Source: Lobosporangium transversale (Eukaryota). Taken from it: 64,000 nucleotides of DNA. Of this stretch, positions 12,751-23,979 are shown piece after piece. The translations under genes and the position numbers were made by a program. Each line of letters starts with the position of its first letter. Positions within the stretch are counted from its first letter, which is position 1. The notes beneath the pieces are model-generated. The model searched no databases. It had not been told where the DNA came from and saw only the letters and a list, made by a program, of their open reading frames with translations. Location of the stretch: assembly GCF_002105155.1 (NCBI RefSeq), contig NW_019028997.1:434001-498000 (forward strand), written 5' to 3'.

Positions 12751-14087
12751 CAGTCACCTGAAATAAAGTTTGGACAAAATGGATTTTCTTGATTTTTTTT
12801 TGAACAACCTGGACAAACAGCTCATATGCAACATACATAAAGACTTCATCAATACACATGAAATTTTACATGCTCACTAAAGAGGTCAATACTGTTATTT
12901 ATTGGGGTTTTGAAGACGGCATTGTTAGAGTAGCAAAAGTGCCATGTAGGTTCAATAGTGAGTGTTCCTACCATCGACCCCATTCACTTCTTCCAGCCTT
13001 TCGGGCATGGTAGCGACAAGGCTGGCCAGCCTCTCTTGCGGTAAATTATTCCACTCTTCGATAAGAGCCCGTGTGAGAGTGGGAAGATCTCTTGGCCCTT
13101 TAGCGCGCCTATCGAGTGCATCCGCAAGAAGTGACCATACATGTTCAATAGGGTTCAAATCTGGGGAGCATGAAGGCCAGTCTGGAATCCTCGGGATGCT
13201 GTTTTTTTCGCGCCATTCTTTTGCAATCTTACAAGTATGAACTGGAGCATTATCCTCCATAAGTATGCCATCCTCTACCTCAGCCATAAATCTGGCTAGC
13301 TCGCCTTGATATACATCTTCCACGAAACACCGTCCATCTTTACGACCTCTTTCAAATACAACCAACCGAGACTTTCTGGTTGCTGTGAACGCCCCCCAGA
13401 CCATCAGAGTTGTTCTACCACTTTTGAAAGTGGGTGCGAGGCAATCATGATCGTACTTTTCCTCTACTTTACGCCAAACTCTTATTTGACGAAAATGCTC
13501 ACCAACTTCAAATGATGATTCGTCAGTCCAAACTACCCGATTCCAGTCTTCCATGGACCAACTCATATATTTTTTTGACAAACTGCAGCCTCCTTTTTAT
13601 ATGTCCTTCTTTTAAGAATGGTTTTTTTACTGCAATCCGGCTGAAAATACCCAGTGAATGCAATGCCTTCGCAACTGTCCTCTCGCAAACTTTGTTCGGC
13701 AATTGGTTAGTGATATCATTAAGAGTACACCTTCTATTCTGCTTAGTATGGCGAACGATGCTCCTGAGGTCCCGTTCACTTAGTACTTTGGGCCGTCCTG
13801 GGATCGGAGTGCAAGCAGTGGTGCCTCTTTCTTGGTACACCCTGATAATATTAATAACAGAGGTTCGGGGTACACCGCGTTGCAATGCGATTTCCGCAGC
13901 CTTCATGCCCGCGAGGTGCATTCCAACGATGATACCTTTATTCTCAATGTCTAAGTGTCTCGCCATGGTGGTTTACTCAAGCTGTTTGTATGTGAAAAAC
14001 AGGAAGGAAAGAGATTGAAGGAAACGCTTCCCTACGTAACTATTTCAATATTTTATTTTTTTGTCCAATCTTTGTTTCAGGTGACTG
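12751..14087 (-). mobile_element. Full-length Tc1-like transposon (DD35E), transposase 13966-12952 with one frameshift
   Basis: 29-bp TIRs CAGTCACCTGAAA(T/C)AAAG(T/A)TTGGACAAAA; TA duplications at 12749-50 and 14088-89; HTH with GRPKVLS, WTDES, DNAPVH, SPDLNPIEHVW; frameshift in the A7 run near 13570-13576. Confidence 0.95.
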
Positions 14088-14613
14088 TACATTTAGATTA
14101 GCATTTTGCGCAACGATTTTAACCGGCTAATTTTGACCATCAACTAAAAAAAATTTTAACCGTTGATTGTTTCCTGATGTAGTTGAATAATCGAGAACCA
14201 ATGAGAACCACCTTGACTTGTTAAAACCGATATAACCGGTGAAGACCGGCAAATTGCTGATAGCCAATATCAGGTGGATCAAGTGAAGAGCTGAATAAAG
14301 AAGGTAGCAGCATCACCACCATCCCATACCAAGAGCTTACTGAATCTTTAACTCAGTCTAGCCAACTTCCTTATCATTTCAACTAAAGTAAACACGTGAA
14401 AAAAAAAGATCTTTTTATGGATGAAAATGCTTCTTCTTCTTCAACAGCTACTGTCTTCGGATGCCGAAGTGAACGGCCAGCAATTATTGGTTGGTTCATT
14501 TGAGTAGGATTCGGCTAATGGGTGAGTGCTATGCATCGACTGTGGGTGCAACGCGCTCAATGATGGCGCATCTTTAAAAGGCTCACAAAAATTAAAAAAA
14601 AATAACTTTATTA

Positions 14614-17600
14614 TCATGAAATCCCATTCAGAGGGTGTATGGTCAAAGCTGCGTTTGCCTTGAGCGCCTCTGAAAGTGCAAGAGTGCCTTCACCTCCAAT
14701 TTCGTTGGAGCACAAGTGCAAAGTGGTCAAAGCTGTCTTGATCTTGAGTGCCTCTGAGAGCGCCAGAGCCCCTTCATCCCCAATCGAGTTGCCCCCCAAG
14801 TACAAAGTGACCAAAGTCGTATTAGTCTTGAGCGCTTCTGACAGCGCAAGAGCTCCTTTCTTCCCAATCGAGTTATAATACAAGTCTAAGATGGTCAAAG
14901 TCCTGTTGACCTTGAGGGCCTCTGAAAGTGCCACAGCTCCTCCTTCCCCAATCGAGTTTTGGCTTAATATCAATTCGGTCAAAGTCTTATTGGTCTTGAG
15001 CATCTCCGATAATGCCAGAGCTCCTTCCTTGCGAATAGAGTTGGCCCTCAAGTCCAAATTACTCAAGCCTGTGTTGATCTTGAGTGCTTTTGACAATGCC
15101 TGAGCTCCTTCATTCCCAATCGAGTTGCCCTCTAAGCACAAGTTGGTCAACGTCGTATTAGTCTTGAGTGCCTTTGACAGAGCAAAGATCCCTTCTTGTC
15201 CAATTGAGTTGTGATATAGATCCAAAGTGATCAAGGTCCTATTAGTTGTTAGTGCCTCCGACAGCGCAAGAGCTCCTTCGTTTTCAGTTTTGTTGAAACC
15301 CAAGTCCAAGATAGTCAATGTCATATTAGTCTTAAGCGCCTCCGACAGTACCAGAACCCCTTCCTTCTCAATTAAGTTTTCGTTCAAACATAAAGCTTTC
15401 AAAGCTGTGTTAACCGCGAGTGCCTCGGAGAGCGCTACGGCCCCCTCATCCCCAATTAGATTGCCTTCCAACTTTAAGGTACTCAAAGCCGTGTTGATTC
15501 TGAGTGCCTCTGCCAGTGCAATAGTCCCTTTATTTTTAATTGAGTTATGTCCTAACACCAAATATGTCAAAGTCGTGTTGGACTTGAGCGCTTCTGAGAG
15601 TGAAAGAGCTCCTTCCTTCCCAATTTTGTTGTTATTCAGGTCCAAAGCGATCAATGTGGTGTTGACCATGAGAGCTTCCGATAGTGCCAGAGCTCCTCCC
15701 TTCCCAATAGAGTTGTCTCCCAAGCCCAAGGTGGTCAAAGTTGCGTTGGCCTTGAGTGCCTTTGAGAGCGTCAGAAGCCCATCCTTCCGAATTCCGTTTC
15801 CATACAAATCTAAATACGTCAACGTTGTGTTGGTCTTGAGTGAGTTTACAAGTACTCGAAGTTCACTACTTCTAATTCCTTGGGGTTTCATCTCAAAGGA
15901 CAACTTGTGGAGGTGCGACGGTTTTTGGGGCGGTAAACTTGGAAGCCTTATGAGGTCCGGAGGTAATATAACATGAATTGTTTTCATTCTGTGGAGTCCT
16001 ATGATGCGAGCAAGTATTTCATATCGTGCGGTTGTTGAATGTAGCTTCCTGGTAATGCTTTCTTGAAACCATCCAATATCAAGGCGAAGAATCGATACAC
16101 TCGACCTCTTTAGTCCATTCTCAAGCGCCTCAAGATCAGTCTTGGCCCAATCCCAGTCGAATGTGATATCCACCTCATAAATATGTTTTGCATTGGTCAG
16201 GGTAGTGAAGAATTCCTCAGCTCTGGTTCTGGATCTCAATTTGATAACTACTTTACCAAGGTGAGGGTCATATTTTCCATGGTTCACTTCCACTACATTT
16301 TTAAATGCTTCTTGTTCTTTCTCTCTATATGTCGAACGGTAGTGATCGACACAAACCCATTTGACATGACCTGTTTCTGTCGTGACCCTGTACAAGTTAC
16401 CAAGTTGTCTGTCCTCATCGTTGATTTGGAGAAATGTGCTCAGCTGTCGGAGATCTGCCCCTTCAAGTGCTTCATAGTCATCAATTGTATTGAGGTTGTT
16501 CAAAACCGGATGCTCAACAGAGAGCGCTTCCATGAAATCGAGTGAATAATCGATACCGGCATCAAGCAGGTCTGAGACTGGTGTCTGAGAAGCAGCTGAG
16601 ATCAAGGACATTCCCACTTTGAGCCATCGTAAAAGGATGATCATGTACTTCCCATACTTTCGAAAGAACTCTGTGCTGTTTTGGACCTCGTATCCTTCAT
16701 GCCTGGCAAGATGCATTTGGTTCTGAATGTTCTTGTTTGCTTTGACGGAATGATCTCCACATTCACAAAGGAAGTGAAGGCGGAACCTGTTCCTCAAGAT
16801 ATATATTGGGTTCCAATTGGTGCGGTCCACAGGTAAAATGATAAATAGTCGAGGGATTGGATACTCGTGGAGCTCAAAGTTCTGGATGAGAATAGCTTCA
16901 GCGTGCTTTTGAAGGATGACAAGTCTATCAAGAGCTTGATGCTGCAAACTCAGGGCCTCCTTCTGCATCTTAAGCATTTTGTCGTCCTTCTCTTTGGCCT
17001 CCAATTGCAGTTTATATATCTTGTCGTCCTTCTCCCTCGCCTCCAATTGAAGCTTGATCATCTTGTCCTCCTTTTCCTTAGCCTCTAATTGCAATTGAAT
17101 CATCTTGTCCTCCTTTTCCTTAGCCTCCAACTGCAGCTTTATCATCTTATCCTCCTTCTCCTTTGCTTCCATCTGTAGTTTAATTATCCTATCCTCTTTC
17201 TCTTCGGCCGCTTGCAGCATCTTCGTAATCTTTTCAAAATTTGTGTTCTCATTTTGAGAGAACTTAGTTAAAGATTGGGTCAAGGTCGATAATGTGAAAA
17301 GAACATCTTGAGAGGTCAATTTCTCAGACTCTCTCGATGCTAGCGAATGGTAGGCAGCGTTGCTGTTGCTGTTGCAGAACTGAGGAACTTCTGCAATGAC
17401 GTCCAGGACCTCATCAGGATAGAATGCAATGCGCGGAGGCTCGATTCTGGTAGAACAAGAATAAAATAGAATAAAATAAAACAAGATAAATATAATATGA
17501 ATAAGGGGTCCACTCACTTTTCTTAAAAGAGCAATTGGACAAGGAGTCACCATGATAAAATATTAGTACAATCGCAAATATACCTGTTGCCTTCAAGATC

Positions 17601-17792
17601 TATAAGAAAGGGGATGGGATCTCCATTCAACTTGAATCGCAGAGCATTCGGAAACACGTCTCGAATGTCTTGCAAGCTCACAAAGAGTGAAGAGGCATCA
17701 TTGTTTCCGGGACTGGAAACGGTCCTGACACAAACTTTTTCAATCGTCTTATTCTCTCGGAATTGTTGGAAATGAAGCTTTGTCGATTTCAT
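14614..17792 (-). CDS. RNI/NLRC3-like leucine-rich repeat protein with N-terminal globular domain, 14-aa coiled-coil repeats and a Cys/His-rich central domain; exons 17792-17584, 17446-14614
   Basis: Intron 17583-17447 joins EGNR|IEPP in frame; tandem QLEAKEKEDKMIKL repeats; ELHEYPIPRLF, HFLCECGDH, EGADLRQL and GHVKWVCVDHY motifs; 14 full 28-aa LRRs. Confidence 0.9.
14620..15850 (-). repeat. 84-bp (28-aa) tandem LRR-coding repeat, 14 full copies plus a partial one
   Basis: Consensus LKxNxTLxxLxLxxNSIGxEGAxALSEA repeated in the translation. Confidence 0.95.
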
Positions 17793-18533
17793 CTGAACAA
17801 GTGATTCGGACTACAAACTCATCACTTGAAGATACAAAGGAAAAATAAGAAAGAAAAAAAAAAAAAAAGGAAAACAACTTCAGAACTAGTCTTCCGCTAG
17901 ATCCCCTCCTTCCTGTAGCTCGTTTGGCTTGACAAAGTGGTATATCTTTTGAATAAACTGATCTTACCTAATCCATTGGTCGCATTTTGATCCAAAGATG
18001 CACTTCGGTAAGATGTATCCCCTCCCGCTTGTTGGGAAAGGTAAACACTCTCAAGTAGGACACAGTATTATGTTCCCACAATGCTCGACAATATGACTGA
18101 GGTGATTATCATAGTATATACTAGCGCCCTTGCCAATTGAATGAATATTTACCGTTCCTGACAATGTGTGATGGTGGGCTCTGGTTGAAAAATTCTTAAA
18201 AGGTGTTGATCCCTCCTTGATTGTCGTGAATTGCACCAACCCCCACATGTAAGTTTTCAAATATGATCTGTGGTGCCCATTGCCACTAAAGACTGTATCT
18301 GAATTCAACTACAAGAAAACTGAAAACTGATGTATGAAAGTAATATGGACACTCTAACACTGTAAAGGATATGTACGAAGCCACAATTCAGCGTGTCATT
18401 TGTCGCACATTGAATATCATAGAAGAGAAGACGCGTATTTTTTTTTTTTTTTTTTTTTTATTATTACTTGGGCTTGTCTTGCATCAGGAACGTCTATAAT
18501 GTATATTTGCACCAATTATGCTGTGGAAATAGT

Positions 18534-18889
18534 TCATGGGATGGTTATGTAACGGAGGCGGTGCCTCTCACGGTCGGCAAACATACTAAAGAGAAGAGAA
18601 AACACGTGTGGATTGATTAGATTCAAAGGAAGAAAGTGTTTCCTTTTTGGATTACACACATTCCCACTATACATCAAAGAAAAAAAATTGTGCCGAACAG
18701 GCCGAACAGAGGGGAAAAAAGCAAAAAGAAAAAAGAAATTGTGCCGAACAAAGGGGGAAAAAGGATAGACATTGAAAGTAGGCTGTAGAAGCAGTAAGGA
18801 GAGAACAAGTGCGACCTGAAGAGGTTTGTCAGGATTCAAAAAAGAATCCTGCCTACATGGTCTTTATACACGTCGTTGGAGTAGGCTTG

Positions 18890-18951
<62 letters not shown>

Positions 18952-19163
18952 GTGGACATGACTTACAAATAGATGATGATTCCAAAGATTGGGAAGAGGA
19001 AGATGAGGAGACACCAAAGGAACTTTGAGAGGACAGTCCTATCCGAGTTGAGGACCTGAGCGAGAGCGATGAGGTCTAGGATCAGAATGATCAAACTCAG
19101 CAGGGATGCAGAGTAGATGGCACTTGGGTCAATGGGAGCTGGTGCAGAGCTGATGGGGGCCAT
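18534..19163 (-). CDS. Small two-TM membrane protein, PLDc_N (phospholipase D N-terminal)-like; exons 19163-18967, 18585-18534
   Basis: LDLIALAQVLNSDRTVLSKFLWCLLIFLFPIFGIIIY matches the K..W...I...P..G..Y pattern; GTAAGT donor at 18966 and TTTAG acceptor at 18586 give ...IIYFMFADRERHRLRYITIP*. Confidence 0.8.
18922..18950. repeat. (GATT)n microsatellite next to a poly(T) tract
   Basis: About 7 GATT units directly visible, inside the intron. Confidence 0.9.
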
Positions 19164-19484
19164 GGTGTAGGGGAAGGGAGAAGGAAGCTATGTACAAATA
19201 AGGAGAGGAGGGGATGGATGGCCCTTTGAGGAACGTATAAAGTACAAAGGAAAGAAAAGGGTAAAGAAACTGAAGAACCAGAATAGCCCATTTGTGTGTC
19301 TTCTTTAAGCTGCATGTGGAGAGGAAAGTGGCAAAGCTGCTCGTGTGATTTACACAAGAGATCTGATTAGTGCAACATTAGTCAAAAAAAAAAAAAAAAA
19401 AAAAAAAAATCTTTTTTATATTTTGTCCTCTTTTATTACTTTTATTATCGATTCAAAATTTTTAATCTATCTTGTTCAGACACC

Positions 19485-20960
19485 CTATGCTTCGTCCAGC
19501 TCCATGCTTCCAACCACATCAGAACCTGGTTGGATATCTTTCCGTTCCTCCATATCATGCTTGTCTACTTCTTTTTCAATCCCATCCATCGTTGACGCTG
19601 CCGCTGCATCTACTTCCATATCAGACGATACATCTGCCATCGTCTTCTCTACATCCATCCCATCATCTTCCTTCACAGCCTCATCCGAGCCATTGATAGC
19701 CTGATTAGCCTGATGATTTTGTGCAACACCCTCGACCGCATCTACTGGCAACACATCACTATCTTTGACATCCTCTGATTCTGGTGTTGGTAAGGGTGTT
19801 TCAGAGATCAGAGCAAAATTTAGATCTGTTGCTTTGGAGTAATCTCCATTTGCAATGGTTGCCCCTGCTGCTTTTTCAGTATCCTCATCCAAAGCACTTG
19901 GTCCATTATAAGCTGGGTTTGAAAACTCATTTATAGAAGATGTAATCATCAACACCTATATATGTATAAAGATATATAAAGAGAATACATAGAACGCTTA
20001 GAATTTGTTACAAATAAAGACATAAAAGAGTTAACCAAGATACTTATCAATACCTTCTCTACAGCGCGCAAGTACTTGATGAGATTGGAGTGATGCTCTG
20101 TTGGATTGTGCAGCAACTCACACACTCGCTGAATAGTAAAGGGCGCGCTCGTAAAGGCGTCCAAGAGTCCATTAATCCGTTCATGATATCCCTCAGGCGT
20201 TTCAACTAGGAGCGTATCCTTGGAAATGGGGATCATGGGGGGTCTATTTTCTGCTGTTACTTCTACTACTGGCGTTGTCGATTGGCTTGCATTTGTAGAG
20301 TCTGATACTTCAGTCTGTCCCACAGTCGATGTCTCAGATGTGGTCTTTCCCTCCACTGGGCCTTCAGCTGAAGCAGTAACTGGGCTCTCCTGCCCACTAG
20401 GCTTTGTTTCTTCTTTTGGTTCATCCTTGGTATTACCTTTGGCTATCTGCTCCTCCTCCTTACCTCCTTGTTCAGAGACATGTGTCGGAGGGGGATTCTC
20501 AGCATTGGTTTGGAAGTTGGTCTGATCAGTCAAAGGGATAAGGACTGCAGAAGAGACTGGTGCGGCAATATCATCTGTTAAGGGCTTAAGCTTGGTCGTA
20601 AGGGGATTGGTGACAGTAGGTGGGGTGTATATCAGTTGCTTGGATTCGAGTACATGAACAAGTCGTGCCTTCAATATTAAGCGCAGTTCCTCCCATGGTA
20701 CACTAAAGATCAATAGAACCAGGTGTAAGATTACTAAAGAGTGATAAATGGTAAATCATTGACACATGGCAGGATACGGCAGGTTTAATCAGCATCTTGG
20801 TCGATTTTTTTTTTTTCTTTTTTTCCTATTTTTTTCTTGTGAATAAACAATAATGAATAAAAAAAAAGTCGCATTTGTACCTGATTTGATTTGTTAAAGA
20901 AATCTCTTCGATGAGAGCATTACTGTCAACAGATGCCGTAGTTTCATTATGTTCAACCAT
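19485..20960 (-). CDS. PPP4R2: Protein phosphatase 4 regulatory subunit 2 (PPP4R2/Psy4-like); exons 20960-20881, 20702-20054, 19955-19485
   Basis: PWEEL motif and PFTIQRVCELLHNP...KYLRAVEK|VLMITSS; acidic disordered tail; in-frame GT-AG introns. Confidence 0.88.
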
Positions 20961-21840
20961 AGGATATACTTTTTTGTCGATTAAATTCTGATCAGAATGA
21001 AAATTTGATGAATGGGTGTGAGTGTAATGCGTAGTGTGGCCTCCTCTTGTAAAACATCTTTTTCAATGTATTGGGGTCATCCAAATCCTTGCCGCCCGTG
21101 ATAAACTAATTCCACATTTGCATGCCCCTTCCTTCAAAAGCACGGCAGGCAGAATTACTTTTTGATTAGGTCGATTATTGGAGTTGATTATGAACCTTAT
21201 AGCCGATTATGGAAAATGTCCATAATCAACGTAATCTACTTTTGAAGATTTTTCGTCCATAATCGACACGCGTAACTGAATATCCTGAACTTTATTTTTT
21301 TATTGCTTTTTTCAATTGCTTTTTTTTTCTTGCTTCATTAAATAGCCATGTCTCAAAACAGCATTGTTTCTTGCAAGTCTCTGTCCTCACAACAGAGAGA
21401 CTGTCATTCCTCTGTTAATCCTATACCTCAGCAAGATTCGAATAAGGATTTACACGCACCACAGTGCACAGAATAACAACAGGTTAATCAAGATTCTGAC
21501 TCTGATTCTGAATTAATTCATCATAGAACTCCGCACCCTCGACGATTGGCGTCGACCCCTCAACAGAAAGGTGATTTTTTCGTCTCACCTCACGCTCAAA
21601 ATGAGGGTTTGTTAAGTAACAAATACAGTCAATGCTACGCCAAAAAGCCCTAAACACTCAACAACCAAGTCAACTGCTAAGGAAAAAAAGCTACTCGAGC
21701 TTAATGCTGGTGAAAAATGGAAGTATGTGGTGAGTGTTGATAAGCTTGTGCTCTGAATCCTGTCCTTTTACTTTAGTCGTATCATACCGCTCACTGTTTT
21801 TCTTTCTCTCTTTGTTGCACACCATACAAGGAGAGCAATG

Positions 21841-21951
21841 TGTGACATATCAGTCACATGTAAGTAGTAATTTCACTTATTAATTATTAGTTGTCAATTA
21901 GAGATTGTCCTTCACCCTATTTATATCAGTAGGAGGTGATCAATAAAGGGA
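21841..21951. repeat. About 110-bp dispersed repeat, inverted copy at 34922-35031
   Basis: ATATCAGTCACATGTAAGTAGTAATTTC and ATCAGTAGGAGGTGATCAATAAAGGGA both have reverse-complement matches at 34922-35031. Confidence 0.85.
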
Positions 21952-22407
21952 TGAACGTTTCTCATTCACTTTCCAATCCATATTATTCATATTGATCACC
22001 CATACTCCTCACAATGTGGCTCGTGCTCTTGTTGTTGTATGTATATATGACCCTGCATATCTTTGAGGATGGAATCTTATTAATGTTCTTCCCACCTCCA
22101 ACTCGTAAGAGCTTTCTCTTTCTCCACCTTGCGAGCATATGAAAATTGACGGATGATATCACAGGTGTGCAAATTACTCATTTTCAATCCCCGTTACGCC
22201 GCTTTTTTTATTTTATTTTATTTTATTGTAATATATTATATTTCATTTTATTTCATTTTTTAATAAACTCCCTGGCAGGCGCGGAAAAGCAAGATGCTGA
22301 ATATGTATTCGTTATCCAGTCAATACTTTGGAAGAATCGGTCTCGCTTTCCCTGGTCCAAAGGTAAAAAAAAATTAGCTATTGTAATAATTTCAAACGAG
22401 CCGGAGA

Positions 22408-22440
22408 CCGTGGCTTCGCCACGGCCTGCTCTTGCCTCGT
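22408..22440 (+). mobile_element. Helitron-like 3' terminal hairpin
   Basis: Stem-loop CCGTGGC-TTC-GCCACGG followed 11 nt later by CTCGT (canonical end is CTRR/T). Confidence 0.55.
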
Positions 22441-22659
22441 AATAAAATTTAATGCTTACAACATAGTAAGTTATCTTTATCGTACAAAATAAAATACAAA
22501 ATATAAATGCAAGTAAAATACAAATAAGTGCTACAAAATAACGTCAGATTGGATAACAATGGAGATGAGCTGAAAGTTGACGTGAATGACTTGGAGATGA
22601 AGAAGCAGCAGGATGTCTGAAAACCAAGATATTGTGACTACAAATATTAATAAAAATTT

Positions 22660-22902
22660 GTGATTCTATATTCCAATAGTATGGATGCTATCCCCACCGC
22701 TAGAAGGAGGTTCCAACAAGAATTAATCTCAGGCCCCAATATCGAGCGCCATAGACACCGCTTAGAGCAGATGGTCTGGTGCCCTTATTGCAATGCTATC
22801 ATGTTCCTTGAAGAACGAGTGAAAAACACCAAGCACCGACCAGAATTTTCGTTGTGCTGCGGTAGAGGTCAAGTCTGTTGTATATTTCAATATACAAGAT
22901 AA
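22660..22902 (+). pseudogene. Helitron Rep-helicase N-terminal zinc-finger fragment
   Basis: CPYCNAIMFLEERV...FSLCCGRGQV matches the CxxCxA...E...FSxCCxxG motif of Helitron proteins; truncated. Confidence 0.75.
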
Positions 22903-23209
22903 TAACGGCCCAGCTAGAAGATTAAGAAAAATACTAAAAACGCACTAGGAACACACTAGGGGAATTCCTAAAATTAATACGCTAAGTATAATAATAATAA
23001 CGCGTCACTAGAAACGCGACAAAACACCGACATGGTTCCTGAATAATCCCATGTCGCTTCTAGATAGATATGTAGTTACTTGGTACGAGTCTCTCTACCA
23101 GAAAATGAATAAATACCCCATGGATGTGGTGTGTGGACCCACATCTTATTCTCACTTATCTTAGCTTCTGATAACTACTGTCTAAATATTTTTCAATTCT
23201 AATAATCAA

Positions 23210-23895
23210 AGCTCATGTTGTTGTACACGCATTTTGGAGCTACAAGAGGATTTTATGGCGCAGCGATCACTTCTAGAGGAGATTGCAGACAAACATGGGC
23301 AGCAAATCATTTTCTATCCAAAGTACCACTGCGAATTGAACTTCATCGAGATGTTCTGGGGTGCAAGCAAGCGCTATACTAGAGCAAACTGTGATTATAC
23401 TTTCAAGGGGCTGCAAGAAACAATACCAGCGGCATTGGCTTCTGTAACTATACTCAGTATTCGAAAGTACGCAAGAAGGAGTTTTCGATACATGGACGCA
23501 TATAGGAAGGGTTTGTCTGGCCGCGTTGCCGAGCTGCAAGCGAAAAAATATAAATCTCATAGGCGTATTCCAGCCAATTGGGATTTGAGGACAGAGTAGA
23601 CTACCCTTAATATCGTTATGATGTCATCTCATTTAAAGTTTCAGCCAATCATATTTTAAGATTTTTGGTGCAATTTTTACCTCACATAGTAAAATAGTCC
23701 ATCTTTTTTCTTTATGAACTTGGAAAGGAAAAGTCGTATCGATAAAAACCCATCGTAACTTTGTAGAGAATTGGCAAACGAACAACATTACGATGAGTTT
23801 TCTTATCTGGCTCATGGAGAGTGAGGGCATACATTTCCCCCGTGGTCCATTATTTTTCACAAAAAAAGTGCGTGACTAAGTGGAAGACACTTATA
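23210..23895 (+). mobile_element. 3' fragment of an IS630/Tc1/mariner-superfamily DDE transposon (C-terminal transposase piece 23234-23599)
   Basis: FYPKYHCELNFIEMFWGASKRYTR and YMDAYRKG...KKYKSHRR motifs; possible right terminus ...GTGGAAGACACTTATA near 23880-23894. Confidence 0.75.
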
Positions 23896-23979
23896 TGGGC
23901 TTTTTCACTTATCACAATATTTTTTTACACTAAAATAATATTCTTTTGACCAGTTAAATTGGCAAATTTTTTTTTTGTA

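Noticed and set aside
14639..15976. Plus-strand ORFs antisense to the LRR array
   Set aside because: Shadow frames produced by the repetitive LRR codons; no independent gene signals.
18051..18308. 85-aa ORF upstream of the LRR gene
   Set aside because: Non-ATG start and no recognisable motif; may be a decayed fragment but cannot be supported.
21160..21800. GATTAT/ATAATC motif cluster and short ORF-like stretch
   Set aside because: Probably a TE end relic, but no TIR pair, TSD or protein motif could be established.
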